DNA of 63,624 nucleotides, the filler included, from Octopus bimaculoides (taxonomy: Eukaryota), in assembly GCF_001194135.2 (NCBI RefSeq). It is 7 parts of 6 records of this genome, joined end to end, with 100 filler letters (N's around TTAATTAATTAA, not from the genome) between each part and the next. Parts side by side here need not be neighbours in the genome. Positions count along the whole stretch, not along the records: positions 32,842 to 40,798 come from NC_068981.1; positions 40,899 to 56,565 come from NC_068982.1; 5 more parts are not named here. One strand, written 5' to 3'. The notes under the pieces were generated by a model that worked only from the letters and a program-made list of their open reading frames with translations, searched no databases and was not told the origin of the DNA. Positions 37,950 to 51,446 of this stretch are shown piece after piece; the first letter of the stretch is position 1; the number at the start of each line of letters is the position of its first letter. The position numbers and the translations under genes were made by a program.

Positions 37950-40535
37950 ACAGACGCAGGTGGTGTTCCTTGGAGGTCAGCTACAGAAGAGGGGACAATC
38001 CCTTCTAGATTGAACTGAGGCGGAATTGAAAATTAAAATGTGATCTCAAAGATGTTCTGCAAACTCATTCTATGATGTCTGCTGACGACTGTTGGACCGA
38101 CCACCGTCTGGTTGTCACACGAATAAAATGGACTCTGAAGAAGAAGACATTCTCCCTGAGATCAAATCCACCTTCCTGGAGAAAGTACGATACCACTGCC
38201 CTCCGAGACCTCCAGAAGGTCCGTCTTTTTCAAGAATCTGTCGAAAAGTAGTTGAATAAAAAACCACCATGTGACAGCTCTGATCTCAACGCAGAGTGGA
38301 CCATGCTCAAGAACATCGTCCCCAAATCTGCGAGAGAGAACATCGGTTTTCAAAAGCAAACTGGTTCGACTCAAACAGTCTTGAAATCTCCACCCTGATT
38401 GATGTCAAGCGATCGGCGCTCATTGAACAAACCCTCATGTTCCACGAAACTCGCTAGATTCAAGGAAGCCAAGGCATTCTACCAAAGAAGGATTCGCGAG
38501 ATCGAGAATCAATGATGGCAAGCCGAAGCTGTCCAACTCCAATCTTTTGCTGACAGCCGTGACATGAGGAACATTTTTGCTGGAACCAAGGAAATCTACG
38601 GTCCCCAAAGATCATCAACATCCCAACTGAAAACAACAGACAACTCAACTGTCATCACCGAGAAGGATGGGATTCTTCACTGAAAAGAACACTTCGAAGC
38701 CTTGTTACATCGCTCGTCCACTGCTTCTGAAGACCCGCTGAAGAACATTCCTCAACACTTGTCAGACCGGAACTGTCACGTCCCCCTTCCCATATCGAAT
38801 TCATGACCGCTTTCAATCAAATAAAACCTAACAAAGCTCCCGGACCCGACAACATTTCCTTTGAACTCCTTAGAGCGGGTGGACCTGCTCTTCGGGCAAG
38901 ACTCTTCATGCTAATTCTGCAGATCTGGGAGAAGAATAAGATTCCTCAAGATCTCAAAGATGCAGTGATTGTCACCATCTTCGAGAAAGGGGACAGGAGC
39001 CTTTGTGGTAACTATCGTGGCATCTCTCTGATTTCAATCACAGGCAAAATCATCGCTCGAATCTTGTTACGTCTCCAAGTGGTAGCTGAGTCAGTTATTC
39101 CTGAGTCACAGTGTGGTTTCAAAAGGTCAAGAGGTACCATCGACATGAGCTTTTGTGCATGTTAGATCCAGATGAGCCGGGAGCAGTAGAAACCTGTCTT
39201 TTTCATCTTCTACGACTTGGAAAAAGCTTTCGACAGTGTCCCAAGAGAGGTCATGTGGGATATCCTGCATCGTTACAGTTGTCCTGGAGGCTTCATTTCG
39301 CTGATCAAGGGTTTCCATGATGACATGAGGGGAAGAGTCCTTTATCAGACTGACATCTCTGAAGAATTCAAGATCACTTGTGGCCTGAAGCAGGGATATG
39401 TTCTTGCTCCAACCCTGTTTTCTCTCTACATCGCTGCCATGCTCTCCGAAATTCCAACAGAAAACCCTGGAGTGGAACTCAGATGTAGATTTGATGGCAG
39501 ACTTTTCAACCTCTAGCATTTCCGATCAAGACATCACTGTCAAGAGTACGAGATCACTGAGCTTCAATACACTAATGATAACGCAGCCCCAGTTTCAACT
39601 GCAGAAGACCTCCAAACCTCAGCAAACAACTTCAGCAGAGCTTATCAAAACTTCGGCATGAAACTGAACATCACCAAAATCAAAGTGCTCGCTCAACCTG
39701 CTCCTCGTACCAACCTTGACAGCCCCAACATCGAGGATTTCTGCTATCTTGGAAGTTTTCTGTCATCAACTGCAGGATATGGTAAGGATATCGAACGTCG
39801 CATCCAGTCAGGTCATGCCTCTTTTGGTCATCTCAAATCCAGGGTCTTTTGCAATAAGGATCAGTCATTCAAAGCGAAGCTCATGGTCTATCGGGCTGTT
39901 GTCGTACCAACACTTCTGTACGGGTGTGAAACCTGGACTGTTTACCGTGAGGACATGAAGAAACTAGAGCGCTTCCATCAATCCAAACTTCGCTCTATCC
40001 TGAACATCAAATGGGAAGATCGCATCACCAACAACTCTGTGCTTGAAAGATCAGGTTTCCTGAGCGTCGAAGCCTTGATCAGTGACCATTGTCTCCGATG
40101 GTCAGGTCACGTCAGTTCGATGAATGGACATCGCATTCTCAAGATCTGTCGCTACGGTGAGCTGTCTGAAGGAAAACGTTCTCATGGAGCCCCTTTGAGG
40201 CAGTACAAGGACCAGCTAAAATCAATCCAGAAAAGCACCAACATCGACCCCGCACACTGGGAAGATATCTCGGCAAAGAGATCCCTTTGGAGACACACCA
40301 CCAAAACGGGTTCTGCGAACTTCGAGAAAGCCCGAGTCGCAAGACCTGAACTCAAGCGACCGAGAGAAAGCAATGCCTTCTCCTTCCCAAACCAACCGCT
40401 TCTATCACTTGTCCACAATGTCCCCGTATGTTTCATGCAACCCTTAGATTGCGGAGCCATCTGCGGTTCAAACAGCCAGGGAAATGAACTGGATTGCAAG
40501 CTCGGAAACACGAGACGCAGCCAACTAACTAACTA
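37950..40535 (+). mobile_element. 5'-truncated RTE-clade LINE with frameshifts
   Basis: APE end CWTDHRLV; RT motifs KAPGPDNI, NYRGISLISITGKII, PESQCGF, EKAFDSVPR, GLKQGYVLAPTLF and LLYGCETW; C-terminal CPQCPRMFH...RSHL; (AACT)n tail. Confidence 0.93.
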
Positions 40536-41310
40536 TATATATATATATCGAGAGAGAGAAAGAGAGAGACAGAGAGAGAGAGAGGGTGGGGAGATAGACA
40601 GACAGACATAGAGACAGATTGACAGACAGATAGATAGATACATTTCTTTTATTAGCCACACAGGGCTCAACGAAGATGGGACAAATACAATGTAGAGCAT
40701 TTCTTTTTGGGAGGGGGAAGGAAGGAAAAAAAAAGTGGTGGTGTCGATCAAAAGGGATCGTAGGAAGGGAAAAAGGGGGAGTTCGATCAAAAGGGATCNN
40801 NNNNNNNNNNNNNNNNNNNNNNNNNNNNNNNNNNNNNNNNNNTTAATTAATTAANNNNNNNNNNNNNNNNNNNNNNNNNNNNNNNNNNNNNNNNNNNNAC
40901 GCACACAATCAAACAACCTATTAAGAGGTTTTTCACGACAAAGATACACTATTAAACAAAACTAACACTGCAAGCGCTAAGCTCCACTCTCGTGGTGAAT
41001 TAAAATTATACGGAAAACTTGAAAAGAACAAAAACAAAAGATGCCCAAAGAAGTTTTGACCTGTTTTTCCTTTATAAAATATATGTAAAACCTGCTCAAA
41101 AATATCGACTGCTGGGTGACTGCTGTTATATATCATTATACATAAGAATAAACACATCCAAACATCCACACACACACACACACATGTATGTATATAGGGT
41201 GACTCCCCCCCAAAAAAAACGGGAACTTTTGAAAAATGCTGTTCTATATTTTTGAGATGAGGAATTCTGTACATAAGACGGATATGTGTCCTCATCTTGT
41301 TTGTTGTTAG

Positions 41311-41355
41311 CACAACGTTTCGGCTGATTTACTCTCCAGCCTTCATCAGGTGTCC
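41311..41355 (-). ncRNA. Minimal hammerhead-ribozyme-like motif (PLE type)
   Basis: Minus strand GGACAC-CTGATGA-AGGCTGGAGAGTAAATCAGCC-GAAA-CGTTGTG; stem II GGCTG/CAGCC; palindromic AACGTT in stem III. Confidence 0.55.
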
Positions 41356-41392
41356 TAAGATATTTTTTTGCTGATGTTATTATTATTATTAC

Positions 41393-41476
<84 letters not shown>

Positions 41477-41542
41477 CAACAACAACATCAGCAAAAAATA
41501 CCTTAGGAATGAGAACCCAGGGTTGGGTCCAAAACCCTACCA

Positions 41543-41587
41543 GGACACCTGATGAAGGCTGGACAATAAACCAGCCGAAACGTTGTG
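41543..41587 (+). ncRNA. Minimal hammerhead-ribozyme-like motif (PLE type)
   Basis: GGACAC-CTGATGA-AGGCTGGACAATAAACCAGCC-GAAA-CGTTGTG; 6-bp stem II GGCTGG/CCAGCC; 3-bp CAC/GTG stem I. Confidence 0.6.
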
Positions 41588-41774
41588 GTAACAACAAACA
41601 AGATGAGAACACATATCCGTCTTATGTAAATAATGAAATTTTGGAAAACTCAACAAAAATAGGAAAATATCCAACAAAATAAAATTTATTGACAGAAATT
41701 AAGCAACTTGCCTTTAAGAATCGATAATTCAAATTATTAATATCTGAAAATTACATCCTGTAAACAGCAACCCT

Positions 41775-42290
41775 AATACGGCAGCAAGTAACGATATAGT
41801 GTGCAGTTTCGCCACACGGCGTCATCGGACCTTACGTTTTCGAAAATGAAGCGGGGATCACAACGACTGTCACTTCGGATGGATATGTTGAGATGGGGAA
41901 ATCTGTTGCACCTACATTGAACAATTTTCCGCAACTTCCCGATGGTACGACATCGCACACTGCAATAGGATGGTGAGACATCACACACGACAAATTAATT
42001 AATGGCAGCTGTGCGAGATTTGTTCGGTAGCTGTGACATCTCAATATTCGGTGACCATCAATGGGTGCCAATATCATCGGATCCGTTTGTAATTTTTTCA
42101 TGTAGAGCTGTGTTTAGAGTCGAGTCTACACGGCTCTGCCAAGGACACTGGATGAATTGAAACAAAGAATTCAAGACGAAATTCGTGAAAAGCCAACTGA
42201 GATGTTGCTCCAAGCAATGGAGAATCACAACGGCAGAATGGCAGAATACATTTGTAGAGGAGGACGGAATCTACAGACATTAATAATTTG
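41775..42290 (+). mobile_element. Tc1/mariner superfamily transposase 3' fragment (rosa/maT-like)
   Basis: AVSPHGVIGPYVFEN, DGTTSHTA and RVYTALPRTLDELKQRIQDEIRE...GGRNL. Confidence 0.75.
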
Positions 42291-42409
42291 GATCACTGGT
42301 TCCAAAAGAGCAAGTTGTTTAATTTCTGTCAGTGAATTTGGGTTTTCCCTATTTTTGTTGGGGATTTCAAGAGTTCATATATATATCTTTTTTCTTTTCT
42401 ATTTTTCTT

Positions 42410-42610
42410 TATTTGTTTGAATCATTAGACTGCGGCCATGCTGTGGCTTCACCTTGAAAATTTTTTAGTCAAATGTCTCGACCACAGTACTCATTGTGGT
42501 ACTTATTTTATTGGGCTCTTTTGCCGAATCGCTAAGTTACGGACACGTAAACACACCAGCACCAGTTGTCAAGGGTGGTGGCGGGACGGACACAGACACA
42601 ACAAGGTGTG
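42410..42610 (-). mobile_element. SINE-like repeat, family B
   Basis: GACTGCGGCCATGCTG...CTTTTGCCGAATCGCTAAGTTACGGACACGTAAACACACCAGC matches 46706-46910. Confidence 0.65.
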
Positions 42611-42699
42611 CTCGCGCGCGCACACACAAACTAAACCACGAAAGAAACGTCACGCATATACTAAATAGCAACCGCTTTATTTACAGGCTGTTATAGTAT

Positions 42700-43325
42700 T
42701 GATTGAAGAGTACTAATTAAGAAGCCGTTTTTTTTCCCAATGATAAAAGGTGTCACATGATGACAGAATGTTCTGGATCCAAAGAGATGGACTCAATATC
42801 TCGTGTGACTATCGTTAGCGGTGATTACCGTCAGGAACTTTCTGTACAATTGAATGCACCAAACGATTGATGAAGGCTATGAAGATAGCAGCCCACTTGC
42901 AGTGAGTTGTACCGCAGTTGTCGGCCTTGGAGAGGAAGTCATTTTGCCTTCTTTGGATTTCGTCCGACAGGTGCTCTATGGGCTTCAAGTCCGGACTTAG
43001 AGCAGGATATGGCAGTGTCTGGATGTTGCGCCGTTGGAGGAAGTCTATTGTTAATTTGGCTGTATGGGCACGGGAGTTGTCATGTTGGAACACGTGATTC
43101 TGATGACGAGCAAAGTATGACACAATGTGAGGCCTCAACATTAACCGCTCGACATGTTGCGGGCAGTGGTTACTCCATTGCCCCGGCTTTGACTGATGTT
43201 TTGGTAGACCACCGGCCCAAGCTTCTTGTTGAGTGCAATCCTGCCACATACCATGATGCTCTGTCGTAAACACACCAACCTCGGTAGCTGCCTCCCGAAA
43301 TCGCACCTCCACCGTTCTAAATTTT
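42700..43325 (-). mobile_element. Tc1 transposase 3' half
   Basis: VFQHDNSRAHTAKLTIDFL...PYPALSPDLKPIEHLSDEI (Tc1 SPDLNPIE motif). Confidence 0.85.
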
Positions 43326-43842
43326 CTACCTCTGGCGAGCTAGGTACTTTCCTGCCAGACTGGTAGGAGCATCCTTTCCACTCGTGCCGTTGACCTTACT
43401 TCAATCTTCTCGGCTGCTATCGAGAATGTTCTATAAGTTATAGTTTTCTCGCTCTTCTCCTTCAACTCTTCTTGGTGGTGGTGGTAGGGACACTTTCACG
43501 TCGTCCCACCCCCTTTCAAGCATTTCCTTGAACATGCTCAACTCTTCCAGGTTTTCTTCTTCAATTCCTTCTTCTCTCGCCGCTGGTGCATAATTCTTCT
43601 TTTCTATATCCTTATCAATTTTGTTTGCACAGCAAAAAAAAAAAGAAAGAAAAAGAACGTACAGCTAAAAAAACACAGGAGCAAACTTCTTACCACACAA
43701 CCATACACACATACGCACACGCACACACATATGTAATATATATAATATATATATGCCTGTGTGTGTGTGAAACTATCTATCTATCAATCTATCTATATAT
43801 ACATACATATATACATATATACATATATACACACACACTCAC

Positions 43843-43876
<34 letters not shown>

Positions 43877-46130
43877 ATATGTATGCATGTGTACACACAC
43901 ACATATAAACAAACACTTGTATAAATCTTTAAGCGGAGTAGTGTATAGATACGATTGCATCGAAATACCGAGCTGGTGTATACAAACGAAACTTTTGAGC
44001 AAAATAGCAGCCGCAGGAAAAATTGTAATATTGCCCAAAGTGCCATGTAGTGGGACTGAACTATCTTCAATGAGAGTCATTGATGCGTATTAATTTTGCT
44101 ATTACTCGGGTAGTATTATTGCTTTGTGAGTATACTGATTTGTTTATTACGTATTTTATTTAGTACAGATTACTCAAAATCAGTAATAACGACCTAATTC
44201 TGGAAACAATCTAGGGGTTTATAGAATTTCTTGTTTATAGAATATTTCAAGTATTTAGGTATAAATTTATAGTGTTGTTTATAATGGATATGAATTAATC
44301 GTACAATGTGATCTAATTTATAGAATAGAGTGCTTCCGTTAATATTTCTTTTTTTTTTCCCCTATTTTTTATAGAAAGTATTTTAAAGGACATGTATATT
44401 CAAGTAAAGTGCAACTTTTTCCAAATCCCGAACGTTTAGTCACTTCCAAAGGCTACAATTTTGATTTAGCTGTTCGTATAATGTAATAGTTTTTGGCATT
44501 GTAAACCAATTACAAATTCATAATTTGAATTTTTTTTTTGAAGAGTAGCAAACTTTTTCTTACAAAATAGAAGTATGATTGTAAGGACAATAAATTTAGT
44601 CAATGAATCTTATTCAATTGGATTATTTTACAACTAGTCTTGAATTCTTCGTTGAATTCCAGTTTTGTTTATAGTCTGAGAGTATACCGAGAAAAAATGA
44701 ACAAAAAATCTCCTTCAGTAAAGCCTAATTTTTATGTGAGTATTTCACCATAACAGAACAACCTAATCACAATTCCACTAAAAATATTATCTCTTCAAGG
44801 AGGAAAGTACATATAATATTTTAAAAGTACTTCAGAAAATTGATTTTTAAGAGGGCGAAATTGTATATTTCCTATTTTTATAAACACTAGCAAGATGTAT
44901 TTCAACGTGCATCTTCTGAAAATTATTAAACAGGGAATAATTTTTTTTCTGCACGAACTTACAAAAAGGATGATGAATATTAAAAAGGCACAAGGAATCC
45001 ATGTACATTCCGGCAAGACGTATAATTTATTCAAACTGGATTATACTTCGTATTAACCTTACTTGCTGAATACAATTACTAATGATTATAGAAAACCAAA
45101 CCCAGATAGAATTGGTATTGTGGAAGCGAGAAATAAAATTACGTTAGAAAATCTATATCAGTTACCATACTAAATCACTACAATCAAATTTTCCACTTAA
45201 GGATAAGAAAGGGGGATTTTAATTGTATTCAGCCATTTAAGCTCAGTAATCCTGACAACTCCTGATATTAGTAAAATTAGAAAGACTGTCTAGGATTTCA
45301 CGTAACATTAACGAAACATCTCACCTATTCCCAAGAATATATTCCACCATCGATGTCATTACGTAAACGTTGCATATGCGTATGATATCTACCTTTATAA
45401 ACATTGGTGGATAATCTCTCATACAACTTAGATTCGAAATGTTATGTAGTATATTTAGAGACCCTTAACCCAAAAGGTAGTGGACAAAATTCCCATTTGA
45501 AACGTTAAGGGTAACATATATCAAATCACCAGCATCATGTCCTATGACTACACTATCAAGGTAAAATGTTCATCATCACTATATAATCCACCTCCTGCAC
45601 TAATGATTTAATTCGCACTTTGTTAACTGAGTTTTTAGTTAAAGAAATAATAAATGAACTACATAACATTCCAAATCAAAGATGGATGTGAGTTTAATGA
45701 CAGTTTTTTAATAAAGGTTGCATGCGCAATCTTTACATAATGAAATGAATAGATGGCTCCGACGGCGTAGTATATTGGGAAGTTTAAGAACTCTGACGTT
45801 ACTAATAAAAAATTTAGTTATATGTAAGGAACTCAGAAGATTGAAATTTCTAGACAGTACAAGCGATAAAAAAAAAATTACTTTATTCTACACAAGTGTT
45901 TTCAGAGTTTTCATTTGTTGAAAGAGTTTTCAGAGCTGGATAAAAAGTGTACACATAAAATCCATATAATATTCATTCACAATTCTTCAAATGCAGATTC
46001 TAGAACTTCATTTTATTATAATGATTTTGTTTTTAAATACACTAGAACTTATTTCATTTTATGTTATATCGTCTTATTAAAAAAATATTAGTGAGGAATA
46101 GTGGAGTGTTTGGGGGATTTATCTGTGATT

Positions 46131-46173
<43 letters not shown>

Positions 46174-46580
46174 NNNNNNNNNNNNNNNNNNNNNNNNNNN
46201 NNNNNNNNNNNNNNNNNNNNNNNNNNNNNNNNNNNNNNNNNNNNNNNNNNNNNNNNNNNNNNNNNNNNNNNNNNNNNNNNNNNNNNNNNNNNNNNNNNNN
46301 NNNNNNNNNNNNNNNNNNNNNNNNNNNNNNNNNNNNNNNNNNNNNNNNNNNNNNNNNNNNNNNNNNNNNNNNNNNNNNNNNNNNNNNNNNNNNNNNNNNN
46401 NNNNNNNNNNNNNNNNNNNNNNNNNNNNNNNNNNNAAATTCATGCATGCACATATATATATATATATGCATATATATATATAGTCATATACACATATATA
46501 TGCATACATATTTTCATAAATATATACATATATGTAAATGCATATATATATATATATAAACATACATATATGCATATATA

Positions 46581-46618
<38 letters not shown>

Positions 46619-46705
46619 TGCATATACATGCATGCATATATATACATACATATATGCATATATGTACATACATATATGAATATATATATATATATATATA
46701 TATTC

Positions 46706-46910
46706 TTTTACTTGTTTCAGTCGTTTGACTGCGACGATGCTACAGCACCGCCTTTAGTCGAACAAATCGATCCCAGGACTTATTCTTTGTAAGTCTAGTA
46801 CTTATTCTATCGGTTTCTTGTACCGCACCGATAAGTTACGGGGTCGTAAACACACCAACGTCGGTTGTCAAGCGATGGAGGGGTGGGTGACAAACACAGA
46901 CAAACAAACA
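46706..46910 (-). mobile_element. SINE-like repeat, family B
   Basis: TTTACTTGTTTCAGTC...CACCGCCTTTAGTCGAACAAATCGATCCCAGGAC...GGTTGTCAAGCGATGG; repeated elsewhere in the window. Strand is inferred. Confidence 0.7.
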
Positions 46911-47468
46911 CATACATGCACATATATACGCACGTATATATGTATATATACGACGGGCTTCTTTCAGTTACCCTCTAACCTTGGAAATATTGCGCATCTG
47001 CAACGTCAGTTGGACGCAATATACGAGGGAATTGGGAAACTAACAAACAGTTTAACGTTGGAAAATTCCAAGTCCACTTTCAGAGAACAGTGTGGCTGTC
47101 ACAGAAAGCTCCTTAGATATATTCGGCTAATAGTTCACTTAGAAATTTAATACAGAAATATGTAAGGTACAGCATCTATGCACTGAAATCCAGAAGATCC
47201 GATCGAGTTGAATCGTTCGTACAGCCATAATGTTCTGATGATCTAAAGAGCCAGCTATATTTGTATTGATTTTTGAACATACAATTGTATAATGGCGAGA
47301 ACACATTTTAATGTAAGTATGTGAGCATATTTTCATCTTAACAAAAATCATTAGTACATGAAGGCTACGAAACCGCTGTAATCCTAAGGATGTCCAATAT
47401 TTAAATCAATGTATTTAGTGCTGATAACTCTTCACATTCTATGGTTCATACACACACACACACACACA

Positions 47469-47539
<71 letters not shown>

Positions 47540-47888
47540 ACATACATACATAGAGAGAGAGAATTTGGATAGATAGATATGTGTAAGGAATAGTCCCGGT
47601 TATTATAGGGATACGCAGCACCAGCTGAATATCATGACCAAAGGCAGGACCACTACAGAGCAGTTTTTGCGCTGTATGAGAATATAAGACAAGTATCGTG
47701 CTTAAGACAAATCTAGAAATATAAACATCAAAGTTTAAATACAGGTATATGATGTATCTATGAGTATTTATATAAATGAGTTAAAAACCTTGCAGAAAAT
47801 GTTGCACACTGCGACTGAAACCAAGAACACGTCATTGTAAAGCGCTCTTCGTAAGCACACAACTATACTTGCACACAGACGCATACAA

Positions 47889-47938
<50 letters not shown>

Positions 47939-48612
47939 GTATACACACATATAAAAGAAATCAAAACATGAGAAATTGTTTATGAGGTCTTTTTTACATC
48001 ATCTTACGTGCGTTTCCTTAACAGAGGGTGATTATTATTGTAAATTATTTAATCAAGACTTATTGTCAAACCATGCGAGAAAAGTTAGACGTCTCTGAAG
48101 ATTTGACAATAAGTCTTGGTTTTGTAATTTACATTATGTAAATAACAGTCACCCTTTATGAAATGAACGCACATAAGATAGTGTAAGTAAATATGTTATA
48201 AACAATTTCTCATTGTTTTTCTTTTTTCTTTTTTTTACATATTCTCTGCGAAACAGCAAGACACCTCTCTTATGACAAGTGATTTGAATACAATAGCACG
48301 AAAAGATATACACACCAAGTCATAAATTATGGTTGTTTATCGTGCAGTTTAAATTTTAAATTGTGTTAGAAGAATATATATATAATCTATCTTTCTATCT
48401 GTCTGTCTGCCTAATCATCTATCTCTAAATTTTTCATTTCTCCGGCAGTATCGATTAAACTTTCTCCCAGATTTTAGCCGTTGTACCTACTCTAGAAGCA
48501 TTAAAGTATACATATAATATTATTGTTCTTCCTTACGAAATATATAGAACAGCTAAGAAAAAGTGCTCGGGATGAACCCAAAGACAAAGGATAAGAATTA
48601 AAATATAAACTC

Positions 48613-49072
48613 AAATTAGGCAATTATACTCATACATTTATAAATTCGACTTAAATTGCGTATACTTATATGAATACATATCGACACATACGAAAATTAA
48701 AAAGAAAATATTCATAAGATATGAATATATATTTAAGCATACATAAAAATACATCTAAATAAAACCCATGTGGAATACATATGGAAGGAAGTTTGAGAAA
48801 AAGAGGACTGATAAAAACGGACTGAAATTTTTTTTTGTAATCGCTCTTAACTTCAGTACAAAAAAAAAAAAAAATTCAGTCCTTTTTTTTCTCACACTTC
48901 CTTCCATGCATATCCCACATGCGTTTTATTTACATGTATTTTTTATGTATATTTATATATATATTTATATTTTATGAATATTTAAAAAAAATTTCATATG
49001 TCGATATGTATTAATATTTGTATACGCATTTTAAGTGGAATTTATAAATGTATGAGTATGATTGTCTAATTT
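48613..49072. repeat. ~460-bp imperfect inverted repeat (foldback)
   Basis: 48613-~48840 is the reverse complement of ~48855-49072, e.g. ATACTCATACATTTATAAATT / AATTTATAAATGTATGAGTAT. Confidence 0.85.
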
Positions 49073-49479
49073 AATAGAACGACTATTAAAGAGGTTGCAA
49101 GATGTGACGAAAATTTTAGGAAAAATCATAAGGAAATGAGAGGAAACTTNNNNNNNNNNNNNNNNNNNNNNNNNNNNNNNNNNNNNNNNNNNNNNNNNNN
49201 NNNNNNNNNNNNNNNNNNNNNNNNNNNNNNNNNNNNNNNNNNNNNNNNNNNNNNNNNNNNNNNNNNNNNNNNNNNNNNNNNNNNNNNNNNNNNNNNNNNN
49301 NNNNNNNNNNNNNNNNNNNNNNNNNNNNNNNNNNNNNNNNNNNNNNNNNNNNNNNNNNNNNNNNNNNNNNNNNNNNNNNNNNNNNNNNNNNNNNNNNNNN
49401 NNNNNNNNNNNNNNNNNNNNNNNNNNNNNNNNNNNNNNTATATATATATATATATATATATGGTGTATTGTTTTATTAT

Positions 49480-50580
49480 TTTATTAGTTTCAGCTCAAAA
49501 GTTTTTTGCTACAGTGTTATTATCGAGTGCCTCCTCTGATATGTGGCATTTGGTGAATAAGGGAGTTTGATGTAGCTACCTTAATTTTCGCCTCCTGCTT
49601 CGAGGTGGGTTCATCTAGGATTCTCCACAGGAAGAAATCCAGTTTTGATTTGAAAACACCTATATTTATTTACATTGTATCGGTCCTTCAGGCTCTTTGG
49701 GAGAATATTAAAAAGCTGTGGATCATTGAAGCCCAGAATCCCTGAAGCGCGACGGCATTGGTGGGACCTTTGGCACTGCGGCCCGTTCTGGTATTGGTGT
49801 AGCTTTCAATGCCAAAATTTGGCACAGTCCTTTGCAGGATCTCTCAGATGTATATTACTGCATATCTCTCCCGCCTTCGCACCAAGGAGTAGAATCTTAG
49901 CATTTTCAGCATTTCTCTGTATCTGAGTTGTTGCAATGAGACGATCTTCTTTGTGAAGCTTCGCTGGATTGCCTCAAGGTCCGCTGTAAATTTCACACTG
50001 TGGTGTGACCACAGCTCGGAGCAGTAGTGCAGATGGCTGAGGCCGAATATCATACCATAGTCCTCCAGAAGGTCATCATGATTTCTTTCTCTCTGGTTCT
50101 GAAGTTCTCAGGATCCATCCATCCAGCCGTCTGCACTTTGTCGCCATCCTGGTAATGTGCACTTGGAAAGAGATATCATCAATCATGTCGATACCCAGGC
50201 ACTGATATAGGTTCTGGGATTGTAATTCCCTGTGGCTCAATCTATTCTGTAAGTTTTACGTTCCGTTTTGGGCGTTCGTAGCGCAGGGCTTGGAATTTTC
50301 CAGCATTAAACTGCATATTATTGTCCTCAGTTATCTGTAAATTGGGTCCAACTCCTGCTGCAAGTGTACAACATCACTAGGGTTTTGTATTTTCTGTGAG
50401 ACTTTCGTATCGTCTGTGTAGCTAGCAAGGGTGAAAAGTAGTGGTCCTAAGACAGTGCCCTGTGGAATACCACTCACTATTTGTGTTTTCTTTGAGGTGG
50501 CTCTATTGGCCATCACTGCCTGACTTCTAGAGCTGGAGATGAAAATAACCTCTACATTCTCAGTGATAAACATGGTAAAA
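49480..50580 (-). mobile_element. CR1/L2-like LINE, RT 3' half
   Basis: SGIPQGTVLGPLLF, YTDDTKV...LQQELDPIY, NMQFNAGKFQ and LHYCSELWS...LEAIQRSFTK...YSLVRRRERY. Confidence 0.85.
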
Positions 50581-51157
50581 CAGAAAACATAGTTTATAAA
50601 AAAGCACTTTCTTGAATAGTATGTGCATGTAATGTACAGAAGTGTAAAACCATTGAGTGTTAAAAGTAAATATTACTTTATAACACTCTAATCTTACACT
50701 ACAAGCAAAGAGTACTGTGTTAAGGCTTTCTGCTTATATATATATATATNNNNNNNNNNNNNNNNNNNNNNNNNNNNNNNNNNNNNNNNNNNNNNNNNNN
50801 NNNNNNNNNNNNNNNNNNNNNNNNNNNNNNNNNNNNNNNNNNNNNNNNNNNNNNNNNNNNNNNNNNNNNNNNNNNNNNNNNNNNNNNNNNNNNNNNNNNN
50901 NNNNNNNNNNNNNNNNNNNNNNNNGAAAAAACAAAGCGAGGACGAGGAATAAGTACAGTGTCATTAGACGCTCAGGAAAGGAAAGAAAAGAAAGAGGATT
51001 CAACGTTTCGATCGGAGATCTTCGTCAGAAATATAGAAAAAGTTCAAAGAAGGGAAGACAGAGAAAGAAAATCGCCAACGATGCACACGCGGTCACATAT
51101 TGGAATATATATATATGCGTAGATATACAGACCTGCATATATGTCTTTCTGTCTGTT

Positions 51158-51204
<47 letters not shown>

Positions 51205-51411
51205 CACTGTCTGCCTGTCTGTCTGTCTGTATGCATGTCTGTCTATGCATCAAGCGCTATACAAACTGTGAAGGTTTTTGTTAGTTAAACAAAGCAGTGG
51301 TTTTGCTGAGAGATATGTATGTAAGACAAAAAACGTGTAAACAGAAGTAGATTAGATTGATTAATCTAGCGAGAGTGAGTGAGTGAGAAAGAGACAGAGA
51401 GGGACAGAGAG

Positions 51412-51446
<35 letters not shown>

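Noticed and set aside
45718-45921. LKFLDS motif suggesting a Polinton DNA polymerase
   Set aside because: It is a single short motif without the other polB motifs nearby, which is insufficient evidence.
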